Below, one piece after another: positions 46,701-58,800 of a DNA stretch of 64,000 nt. The translations under genes and the position numbers were made by a program. The notes under the pieces are model-generated. The model made no database searches and was not told where the DNA came from. It saw only the letters and a list, made by a program, of their open reading frames with translations. Source of the DNA: Cyanophora paradoxa CCMP329 (Eukaryota; Plantae; Glaucophyta); NCBI GenBank assembly GCA_004431415.1, contig QPMI01000536.1, positions 1 to 64,000 on the forward strand, written 5' to 3'. The first letter of the stretch is position 1. Every line of letters begins with the position of its first letter.

Positions 46701-47813
46701 AGTCACTGCGACTTGCAACACGAGTCCCGGTGACGCAATGCTGACGGAGGTCCAGTCCGTAGTATTCCAGATGCGCAGGGTTCGGTCAAAGCTGCCAGAG
46801 ACGAGGAAGCTCCCATCGCTGGCAAATGAAAATCCCCAGATAGCGTCTGTGTGTCCAGCCAGAACTCTTGACTGAGGACTGGAGAGAACTGATGTCCAAA
46901 TTCTGATAATGCTCATAATCACGATCGAATGAAATCACGTGCACCGTTGCAGACCGCTTCACACACCTGACTCGGTAAGATATTCCTTCTAGGTGAGAAG
47001 ACGCCAAAAATGTGCCATCGGGCGAAAATAACAGGCGGTAGGCTTCAACATGATTAGATATTAGCGCTGGTCCAGCGAAGGTAGAGGTGAGATCCCATCC
47101 AGCCGCACTCGCGGTCCAGATGCTGTATTTACCGCAAAAATGCAAGTTAGAAAAAATAAGGTCATAATCAAAATTGAGCAAGCTGCAGCTGCTGCTGGAT
47201 GCACGCACCGAATGGTGCCATCAGACCAAAGGACCGCCATGAGAACACCGCTCGATGACGCAGTAGCTGTCACGACATATACATACTGACCAGTGTTGGG
47301 AGCTTGCAGTATTACTGAAGAATCGAACTCCACAATTCCGTCTGAAGCTCGAATTCGATATACCCGCACGATCTCGCGGGTTTCAAGTTGATTTCCGGAT
47401 ACGGACGTGACTAGGAATGCCAGGCGTGTGTCCAGGCTAAACTGTGACGGCGATACAAAGAAAGCCTCTCCAAAATCATATGGATTTGTATCAATATTTA
47501 ACTCCGATGGTAGGTCCAACATTTTCCGCAAGCTCACAGCGGAGAACAGCGCGCTTCCACGGACGAAAAACCTTCCGTCGCGACTGACCGGAACGCCACG
47601 GCCAACGTGTGCCACGGTTGTATTCAGGGCCTCGGGATCAGGAGCCGTGATTCGAGATATGCTTGCTGCGCAATAACATCAACGGGATAGTGATCATGAA
47701 GCGCAAAAATGCGTTCAAACGTTAACGGGCGCGTTCATAGAGAGCTCGCCTGCTATACAGCTGCTTATGAAGACTGAGAGGCAGATGATCGAGTACGTAT
47801 ACATGCGGTGCAT
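41567..47813 (-). CDS. Single-pass TM receptor A: signal peptide - WD40 ectodomain - (SP)n stalk - SEA-like - TM - TIR (multi-exon)
   Basis: Leader [18 protein letters not shown]; many WD40 repeats ([62 protein letters not shown]); SP stalk about 43390-43890; RGSTVLDL about 42940; TM ending RRRRRK about 42490-42575; [13 protein letters not shown]...EGFTIW (42102-42195) and [29 protein letters not shown]. Confidence 0.85.
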
Positions 47814-49122
47814 GCGCCGGCGCAGGCTGCAGTTCCCATGGCCAGTTGCAACAGAAACGACTCTCCTATAGCTAGGCCTGCAGCTGCCGCTCTTCAGATT
47901 CTCCATCCCTAGCTGATCTGGACTCGCTCACTGCAGTCCCGGCACCAAACGTACTACGGTACGCTAGGCCTACACTCACGATCACTTTGCAGCGCTATGC
48001 ATATGAGCTCATGCGAACACGCATGCAGCAGCCGCTGCTGCGCATGCAGCTGATCCCATGCATAATTATAATCATATGCATATGCATAAGCCGCGCCGCC
48101 GTGTACGTATATACATAATCTCGGGACGGCGTAAACAAGCTGATTTACGGGACGGACGTACGCTTGAAGGTCCCGCTGATTCGAAGTACGTATACGTATA
48201 TCGTTTGTCCACGGTAGTGCACGTGCTAATACGGTGCCATAGCTAGCCGTCGGACTCCGAGCTCGAGGCTCGAACTCACTGCAGCTGCATGATCCTGCAT
48301 CATCCTGCATGCAGCTGCCAGTGCCTGGCACTGCCTGCCAGTGCTGCCGCGGTGCTGCCACTCACTGCAGCTGAGTCAGCGGCCGCGCGCGCGCGCGTTT
48401 TCACTGACTCGCACAGACTCCCACAGTCTAGTTAGTCACTCAAGCCTGTAGGCTGTACCGGTAGGCTGGAGCTAGGCCTATATATACTGACTCAAGCCTG
48501 TAGGCTGTAGGCTGTAGGCGGTAAGGCTATACCGGTACGGTGACTACTACGGTCCGGTAGTGGAAACTGACTCAGTGTCATGACTCACTCAGTGATAATC
48601 GGATGTCCGATGATCGATCGTAATTATATAGTGCGGAACTGCAAGCTTAAGGACGGCTGGAATTGCCGTGGTGTAAAATTGCCGCTTTCGCCCTACTACA
48701 GATATAGTGACGAAAATATGGTTCGACAGAATCATATTTTCGTCAGCCCGCCATAGACGGGTCAGCCGTTAGTACCCCTCTCCATACAAAATTTCAGATC
48801 GAGAGATCAAAGTGCAGGTCTGACGAATATAGACGAAATAAAGACGCTGTCGACGTCGACGTCGAAGATTCCCGGAGTCCCACGTTTACAGTAAGGACTA
48901 CCAGTACAGTACTAGTGGCACTGGCGGCAGTACTGGTCCAGTACTACTAGTACCGGTACCGGTAGGCTGCGGTAGCCTGCCAGGCTGGTAGCTGCGGAGC
49001 CTGCGGCAGGCTGCACTGCCGCTGCAGGCTGCAGCGCGCAGCTGCAGCCTGCAGCCTGCAGGCTGCAGGCTGCAACGGTGCCTGGTGCCACCGTGCCAGC
49101 GGCAGACGCCGGCGTCGACGTC

Positions 49123-49692
49123 TAGGGGCGTGGACCGGGTCGGGGGGTCGGCCCGATCGACCCGACCCGCTCGCCCGGCCGACCCGACCGGGTCGACCCG
49201 GGTCGGCCCAGGGGGGGTACTTCGATCCCGCTCTCGACCGAAAGAACACCGCAAACGTGATGAATTACATCGAAAACGAGCTCCAATGCAGCAGATAAAT
49301 TATAAAGATGCAATATTTGCAATATCTAGATGCATTATGCGCTCCGGAAACGAACTTCTGCTGTTTCGGGGGGGTACGTATATTCCATCAAGCAGCCACG
49401 TCCACAGTACATGTACATCTGCATGCATCTAGATCTGTGCGACATATAAGTGTAATACACATTGTATGTGTTATATAGACGAAGATCTCAGCATTTATTA
49501 ACACTTCGGCAAGGTGGAGAACGGTCCCCAAGGGTGTACCCAATTGCAAGACCCTCCGGCCCGGGTCGACCCGGTTCGGGCCCGGATCGGGTCTGACCCG
49601 GGTCGGGAGGTCGGCCCGATCGACCCGCTCGCCTGGCCATGGCCGACCCGACCGGGTCGACCCGGGTCGGCCCGGCCCGGTCCACGGTCCTA
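49123..49692. mobile_element. hAT-type MITE in the inter-receptor region
   Basis: Ends TAGGGGCGTGGACCGGG and rc TAGGACCGTGGACCGGG (15/17); flanks tcgacgtc/tcgacgac (7/8); subterminal GGGTCGACCC palindromes at both ends. Confidence 0.75.
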
Positions 49693-52600
49693 TCGACGAC
49701 GTCACGCCGCCGGCAGTGCATGCGGCGGTGCGCAGCCGCCGGGCCGGGCGCCGGCCCGGGGCTGCAGGCCCTGCTGAGGCTGCAGGCTGCAGCCCGCGGC
49801 AGGCTGCAGGCTGCGCGGCCGCGCGCAGGCTGCAGCCTGGCAGGCTGCAGCCTGCAGCCCGGCCGGCGGCTGCAGCCTGCGCGCGCTAAGCTCGTTCAGT
49901 GTAATGTTAATTATAATGCATTTTGTAATTTATATATAAATTGTTTTTCGTGATCATGATTCATGCATGCATGATCATGAATCACCAAATACGATTGAAA
50001 TTAAATGCGCATGCGTACGGATTAATATGTACCCGGTAATAACTCTACTAATGAGCCCACTTATGTTTTAATATTAACGAAAATTTCAAGGGCTTGACTC
50101 ACTACTGGAGTCACGGACCAATTAAGAATCGGTTCAAGATTCCAAGAATAGCGCCCATGATTGGCGCATGAATGCAGCATGAATTTGCATGAATGCAGTT
50201 GTTGATTGGCACAAGAATCCAGTATGAATTACAAATCACTGACTTGACTCTGCGAGCTGGACAGCCTGGACTCTACTGTAATTCGGGTAATATTTAAGAC
50301 CCCAAAATAATTAGTAATCCCGGGGTTTGGTCGGTTTAGTAGGCTGAAAATAATTAAGAGTTGGCCGCGCGGACCGCTTTAGTAGCGGCCTTTAGAAGGG
50401 GGTGGGCGCGGCGCGCGCTAGGGGTCTAGATCTGTTGGAGCGTCCGAGCGCCCCCTCGCACTTCAGCTAGCTTCTCCCGCGCTGCAACTACGGCTGCGCT
50501 ACGTACCCCCCCGCACCTCAGGTTTAGTATACGATAAAACTTTAGTAGTCGCGCGCCTTAAAACTTTGGTACGTATACTATAAAGATCCAGTATACTAAT
50601 TGGCAACTTAAAATGCCAATTGGCAGTGTAACTGCCATGCCGTGATGCAGTGGCACTGCGGCACTTGCCAAGTTGGCTGGGCAGCCTGGGGCCTGGGCGC
50701 GGCCTTGCTGCCAAGTTGCTGGCAGAGCCTGCATGCAGCTGGCACTCAGTGACTGCCTGGCAGTGCTGGCACTGCTGGCAGAGGCTGCCCCAGTACACGC
50801 GCGCGCGGCCCTGCATGCGCCGCTAGCGCTGGCACCGCTGCTGAGGCTGCGCCCGGCGGGCCGGCGGCGGCCGCCGCGGGCCGGGGCCGGCCGCGGCCTC
50901 AGGGCCTGGCCATGGCCAGCTAATGGCAGCTATAGCCGCTGAGCTAGTGGGCGGCTGTGGCCCGCCGCCCCGGCCCGCCCGTGGGCCCTGCAGCTGCCAC
51001 TAGCCTGCCAGGCTGGCCGGCCCGGGGGCCCGGCCGCCCGGGGGCCGGGACTAGGGCTGGGTCCAGTGAAACCAGTGGAGGGTCGAGGGTCCCACTGCAC
51101 TGACTCAGTGGAGATTTTGGCTCACTCGCACAAAGAAAATTGTATGGGACCAGTGAGCCGGACCTCAGCCAGCGCTGCGTGGGGGGGGTATCCGGCGCCA
51201 AAAATTAGGACCCATCCGCCACCTAGCAATTTAGGTGGAACATCGTGGGGGTACTTACTAAAGTTAACGTCGGAGTGCCGCAGGCCGCGGCGCGAAGGGT
51301 GTGCACGTGCAGCGTCGAGAAGCACTGCAATTCTGACAATGCCTGCGTTGCAAATGACCTCTAAACATATCGAAAGCCCGTGGAAACAGTTCAGGCACGT
51401 AGTGCCTTGAAGCTCAGCGAGATTTAGGTCGTTTTTGGTCGTTTTTCGTGTAAAAGAACACGTACCCCCCACTCACTGGTAGTCACTGAGTGAGTTTGAC
51501 GCAAAAAGCCCACTGACTGAGTGGACCCGTGGGCTCCACTGAACCCAGCCCTAGCCGGGACTCGGCACTGACTCGGCACTGAGTCGGCAGGCCCCTGCCA
51601 GTCTGCAGGGCCAGTGCAGGGCACTGCAGTCTGCAGGCCCATTTCCCTTAAAAAATACCGCGGCCCGCGGCCCGCGGGCACTTGCCAGGCTTGATCATCG
51701 GATTAACTTAGCAACGCGGTGCCAAATTAACGCGCCACTGGCAAACTCCCGGAGTCCGGTCGACGTCTCCGCGGCTCACCGCGTTAATTTGGTACCGCGT
51801 TAATACTCTGCTCAGCGCTGCTTATAATTATACCGCGTTTGGTTGGTTCATACCGACGATGATATGATACCGTACCCCCACGATTGCCGCCCCATTTTGT
51901 GCCCAGTAATTTAGTGCCCTACGAGTCTACGACGGGCCTACGAGTCGGAGGCTACGACGGCCCTACGTATACATGTACGTACTACGTATACAGTACTACG
52001 GAGTCTCAGTCTACGGTAGGCTACCGTGGTCCGTGGACCGTGGTACTGCGGCGCCGGCGACGTCGACGCACTGCGGCACTGCCGCTGCAGTGCAGACTGT
52101 GCAGTGGCACTGTGGCAGGCACTGGCAGGCTGTGGGCCTGTGGCAGCTGCGCAGTGCCGCAGTGCGGCTACCGTACTACTTGTAACCGTAGTACTGCGGG
52201 GCGGCAGACGCCGGCAGTGCGGCCCTGTGCGGGGCCACTGCGGGCCGGCCGCCGGGCCAGTCTTCAACTTCTGGCAAGGCTTCGGCTGCACAGTGACTCG
52301 TCAGTGAGTCAGTGACTCTCAGGAGTCTCAGCTGCAGAGTCTCAGTGCAGCTGCACTGCGCGCGCGGCAGTGCGGCCGCTGAGCGGTTTGCATGCTCATA
52401 ATGCTCTCAACTTTGGCGACTCGAGAGTTTCTCTCTTAGTTGATTTTAAGCCGCTAAAGCTACCGGTAGACTGGCGGTAGACTGCCGGTAGTACATCAAT
52501 TTAGGCTACAGCAACATGCGTATGGCAGCTTGCAATTGCAGTTGCTGAGGAAAGAACGATCATCGGATCGTCAGTATATACTTATCACGGCAGCAGCTCC

Positions 52601-52848
52601 GGATCTGAGCTCCTCAGCTTAAGCGTAGCGCTAGCCTAGCTATATTACTAGTAGGCATCATGCTATAGCTATATGCTTTGCGTCATCATGGCATACTATG
52701 ATAGATCTAGAATCGCAAGTCGTCAGTGGCTGATCAGAGCGCGCTTCGATTCTTGAACAGCTGATCATCAAATATATATGCACTATAGCTAGCGCTAGCT
52801 ATAGCACTGTGCTCGCTAATCGTACAACATCTTGCATGATCAGGCAAG

Positions 52849-55800
52849 ATGTCGTTTGCAGCTGCAGCTCGACTATGTGCGCAAGCGCAGCTCATGTACA
52901 TGTTTGTAGCCCTCGCTGTGCTCATGCATATGCATATCGATGTAGCGTCAGCTGCAGCGCTCGGCCGCGGACGACGTCTTGGTACGTACATCTAAGTCTA
53001 GATTTAAATTTATACGCTTTCATCATGTGCATATACATATACATATGATTATAATAAGCTTGTACATGTGCTCATTTCTTCATTGCGATCCATGTTATGA
53101 AGCTTCCGGCGCCGGCGCGGAGTCGGACTCCGGATCCTGGCCGACATCAATGCATCTGGACCCTGAAGACGAAAGCAAGCTTGTGTTGCTGTCGGGGCTG
53201 GAAGAGGAAGCGTTCCTGGGCGTTTTCCCATCGGTCAACGGGTCCGGCATGTACCTTGTGTATTGGGGTTACGAAGAAGTGTCGAGCTCGTACGGATATC
53301 AGCGCGTAGGAAGGATTAAAATCTCGTACCTTCCTATCGGGAACACTACCCTTGACGAAAGTCTCACCACCGCCGTCGACACGTTCTCGATACTGCCTTC
53401 TCGAGTCCACGTCGCTTCCGAGCCCTCACTCGCCGTCCACTACTACTTTCCAACCAGCTACGTAGTCGACGTCTTTGCTTCAGCAGTTCCAGGATCCGAT
53501 GTCACCCCCACACGGTTTGGATGCCACGTCGACAACCTGCCCAGCATGACCGTCCCGACGCCGCTTGGCTTCCCTATCCACTCCCTCTCCCCTCGAAGCG
53601 CCTCGTTTCTCGCCCTCTCGGTGCGCGCGGTAGCGCTAGCTCCCTATAGCTAGATCTGCTGGCATGCATAAGAAAGCTTCCGGCAAGGACTAGTACTCAT
53701 GATCATGATCGTGACGTGCAGGGCGACTCGTCAAGTGAAGCGAAGCTGTACTACGTCGCGATGCGCGGAACACAGGCCAGCACATGCACAACTACACTGC
53801 TTGCAACCACGCAAATCTTGGCTGCAGACGCCATGACAATGCTAGCGACGCGCCGTTCCATGGATGGCGCCGCTCTCGTCGCGCTTGTGCACAGGGCAGG
53901 GGTGTCGCTTTTCAGCTGCTCTTTCTACAGGTCGGCATTCAGCGCTGGGGAGCAGGATCTCTCTGGTGACCTCGACCAGCCCGCTTGCGTGCAGAGCGCA
54001 ACCCTCGCATTCTCGGACAATTTTCTGGCTGGTTCGAGCCCAGTGCTGGCTGCGCTGTCGGCGAGCCGCTCGTTCTTGTTGGTGCTGTTGAGCAAAGAAG
54101 GCTCTTCAACTGGACTTGCAGTTAAAGTTCACTTTGACATCAATGGGCGGTACCTGGCAATCGGAGGGAACTCTTCAGTGCCTAAACCAGTCGGTCGAAA
54201 AATACTGGTACACCCCAATGGTCTGGACATGTATGCTTTCGTTGCCATGAGTGATGGCACTCTTGGTATTGCGCGACTTTCTCAAGGTAACGGATCGGCC
54301 CCAAGCTTCGCCGAAGCGTTCAGCCTACAGTGCGATTACAGCCCGGGATGGCCCGAAGCACAGATGTTGTCGGGACAATGTGCCCCAAAAGGCGCCGCAG
54401 CATCCGCAGATGGTCGGTTCGGTTATTTTCATGTCTACCACGCGAGCGCATCATATTCAGCCTTCAACACTCGTATCTACATCGTTCGTCTTGCGGGCCC
54501 CCCGGTCATGGCGACTTCTCAGTTCCAGGCTGCAATCTCGGATTCCGCATCAATCTTTGCAACTCTATCCGGAACCAGCCCGTACGAGCAAGGAGCACTA
54601 CCGCTCTGCCAGTCAGCTCCTCTGCCCATCCCACAAGGCTGGTCTCTGCTATCGGGGTAAGCAATTGCAAGTTCGATTGTATTTGCATGATCATGAATTA
54701 GAACCTCGATCTGCATGCGCGCTGAAACAGAAAACGTGCGCATGATTTTGAAGTCCACTGCACATGCTGCTATCAGACGCATTGTCATACGCGCTCAACT
54801 TCGGTTACGGAAACCAATGGCAACCTCGAGCAAATTGGAGCACCGCATACCTCGCGCAGGGCAACCTTTCGAGACAAGCAGGTGTTTACCCCGCTGAGCT
54901 CAGCTATCAGAACAATGAGAACTATTTCGGCCTGTTATCGGAGAGCGTCGCGGACGGTGTGTCTGTCTACCGTCCTATCGATTGTGATCGAGCACCTGCG
55001 CAAATCGCGGTAATGCAAACCACCGCCCGAGGCACGTCCCTTTCGCTCCAATAAATAGAGCTAACTAGATAATTACATTATGCCTGAGCAAACCAACGTT
55101 AACCGCGCAGTTCCAGTGATGGCGGGCCTGCAAACACTCCAGTCGAGCTTGCTTACATTCTCTCAGACCGATGAGAGTATTCTCCGTAACCCACCTCATG
55201 TGTTCCCTCTACCTGACGATGACGGAGTCTCATTCAACATTCGATTCGGCATGAAAGATGTAAATGACGGAATATATGTGTGCATCGAGGTGTGGCGACG
55301 GTCAACTCAGATCGGATCTTGCGTTCAAGTGTCAAACAACTTCTACGACACCTCCTCTTCCTTGTCCTTCCGAATTCTCTCAGCCACGACAGGTCTGAAC
55401 GGAAAGTGCATCTACATTCTGTTTACAAACTCCACTGGTATCAGCTTCTTCAGCAACCAACCCCGTTCGGAGCCTTTTCCGCCTTCGTTGATTGTCGTGT
55501 CTAAGCGTGCTCTCATTGAAGCCGCGAATACTGGAATGGAATCGCTGCTCCAAAATTCAAGTGCCTGTGCACAATTCCAAATTGAAATTGGCTTTGTAAC
55601 GGAATCCAGGTGCGCCCTATTGCTATTATTACCGACAAATATCGGTGAGATCTCACGTGCTTGCAGCTTGTCGCCAAGGATTGCGACTGGGTTTCAATCA
55701 GACAGCCCTGGTTCATACAAGCTGCCCCTCAGACCAGCGCCTGTGCAGGACTTCATATCACGTGATGGCTCGCGAGCTGCAGTGCTGGCTCTTACTTCGA

Positions 55801-58800
55801 ACGAAGGCCTCTCGGCCTGGTACGTCACGCAAGTCGTTGTCACGCCGGGCGCAACACCCATCGCCTCCCTTGTTGGATCTCCTACGAACATAGATTTTTG
55901 GCCCGCACTGGGAAGCTCTTATGCCACCCGCCATCTTGCGTTGATGGACAGCGCAACGCAATCTTGGGCAATATATTTCATTGCAATGGACCCGTACGAT
56001 CGATCGGATAACGGACCTGCTCCGTCGACTGGCTTTGTGATTCTTCGATGCCGCGTCGACAGCTTCGGCTTTTTTTATTCAAAGGCCTTCGATTATTCGA
56101 ATTCAGTAGAAATTTCTCCCGGCGGGGAACCAATATCGAGTTCATCGCTCCCACAGCCCAGCGAGAGCTCGCAATCCGCCCTGCGGGCGTGGGACGCGAC
56201 GGGGTTCTTGCGGCCGATGAGGATCGTCTCGGACCCAGCGCGCTCCGTCGTATACTTCCTCTACGCATGGCGTCCCAACGCTCTGCTTCTCGGAGTCAGT
56301 CCGTACGGCTCCACTATCTGGGTATACACTTGACTTTCTTATTTACGAATCGACTACCTTCTCGATCTTTGACTTCCTTATTTGCGGCAGTCCATTTCGA
56401 GCTCGAATTTCGAAGCTTTCTCCGTAAAACACCAGTGGCATCTCCCTACCTGTGCATTATACGACTTCTATCCATTCAAGAGCTTGCCCATGGGCTTCGC
56501 GCAGTGCAGTAGCTACATTGCGAAAGTAGACCTCAGCTCCGACGGCTACTTCACCAGTTCCTCAGCTCTGATGGGCGAGAATCTCATGCGAATTGACATG
56601 AGGGCGCCCCTCACGCCAACCGACCGGCTGATCGCCCCCCCTGCGGAAGACGCCGTTTATGTTTTTGCTGGGGAAGTGGACGAGGCGCTCTTCCCGGACG
56701 GATATTTGTCCATGACCGACTCTTCGTGTTCTGCCCAGTTCGTGCCGACGAGCACAATGTACCTTGCAAGAATCTCACCGCTCGCTCTCTCTGTGACCGG
56801 CCTTGCTCTCCTACCCCAAGCGGCTTTCGGATTTCACTCTATGATTGACTGGTCTTCATATTCCTATGGAGCGCCGTGCTACGAACTCAAGCTCCAGTTT
56901 TCGCATGCCGGGGTCTACCCGCAAGACCTTGCCGTGGCCCCCGATGGCTTGGCGCTGACGTTCAGCGCATTCGACAACCGGCGCGGCTCCTCGCACCTCC
57001 CCACAGCAGTCATGTACCGCATCGAAGTGCCAGCAGCAGCGTACGTGGAGACGGACGTGTTCTTTCTGGCGGCGATCGACGGCGTGCCACCCGACGAAAC
57101 GGCGGTCGGATGCCAGCACGTCACGCGGGCGGTTCCAGACGGATGGCTCCTTGCAGAAGGGTGCGTCTAGATAATTCTCCCCACGTCATTCGACTTTCGC
57201 CCTAACTCCGGCTTCAGGAATCAATTCATCAGAGCTGCTGCTGCATCGAGAGGCTGGGGCGCAGAGGCTGTCATACTTGCAGGTGTGCAAATTATATGTA
57301 TACGTATCATAGCTCATAGCTAGTTTACTAAATATATAGCAAATGCATTTAGCGATAGCTCTAGATCTAGATCTGACTTTCAGCCATGGCCACACGCAGA
57401 TGGAACCGCGGTACGAACGCTTCTCGCGACCACATCGAATTCAGGCGTGTCCTGGACGGCAACGTCAACAGACCATCTCGTCTCATCGACAGGCAGCGAT
57501 GGCGTCGTCCGGTACCTGCCTCGGCTGTGCCCCGCACGCGTTCTAGTGTACAAGATGAAGCCGGGCGCGTCGTTCCCGACTCCGAGCCCGAGCCCGTCGC
57601 CCAGCCCGAGTCCGTCGTCCACCCCGAGCCCATCACCCAGCCCCAGCCCCAGCCCGTCACCCAGTCCCAGCCCCAGCCCCAGCCCCAGCCCCAGCCCCAG
57701 CCCCAGCGCTAGCCCGTCGCCTAGCCCCAGCCCGTCGCCCAGCCCCAGCCCTTCGCCCAGCCCCAGCCTGTACATGTCACCCAGCCCAAGCCCGAGCCCA
57801 TCGCCCTGCCCGAGCCCGACCCCGTCGCCCAGCCCGAGCACGCCGCCCAGCCCGAGCCCGAGCCCGAGCCCGTCGCTCATTCCGGGCTCCTCGCCAAGTC
57901 CGAGCCCCTCGCCAGCAGCTCAGCCACAGGCGCAGGACGGAGAAGGGACGCTGGCTTTTACACCAACCCCCTCACTGAGCCCACCAGCAAGCGCAACTCC
58001 GTCCCCGCGGCCGTCGCCCACGGCGCTCGCTCTGGGTCCGGACCCGTCACCCACGGCCCTCGCGATCGTAAGTACTATTACTGCTTTACACCCAAGGTTA
58101 ACGTTGCTGTTTTTGCACAGGCTGCAAATTCAGACCCCAGCGCGCCTACGCCATCTCCCAGCGCGAGCGCTGGCGCTACCGCTTTTAAGAATGCAACGCC
58201 ATCGCCGAGCCCGACATCAATATTGGCATGGAAGATCACGCCGACACCGTTTTCTGGGGCTTCGACAGGATCGAGCTCATCTGCGGGTATCCCCCCCCCC
58301 CCCCCCCCTCTCCGTCATCATCGTCATCAGGAGTCCGAATAAAGAACTCGAATCGAATTCGCAGGAACAACCGGCCTTCAAGCCACTCCGACGCGTAGCC
58401 CTTCGGTTGCAATGTTGACCGCTCTTAACATCACGGTGGTCTTGAACTACGATTTTGCTGCGTGGAGCACGGCCGTCGAAAAGGAGTTCCTGTCGCGGTT
58501 TGCTGCCGTTCTCGGCATCGCCGTGGAACGCGTTATCGTCGTTCGTGTCTACAGGTCATTGAAGTCGCCCGCTGCCGCGTCTATATCGCCCGTGAACTCA
58601 AAGACTCTGCAGGGGAAGCACAGTCTTGGAGCTAGCAGTCATCGCCGACGTCGACTCCGCATCAAACAGCACTGGTGCGCTTGCGCGAATCGAAAGTCGC
58701 GATCGATCGTTTCAAACAAAGCTTGCAATTGTGATTGATTAATTAAGTTCTATTTCTTGTCGCAGGTGCCCTTGCCGCCTCGCTGGCCCAAAAGGAGGCA

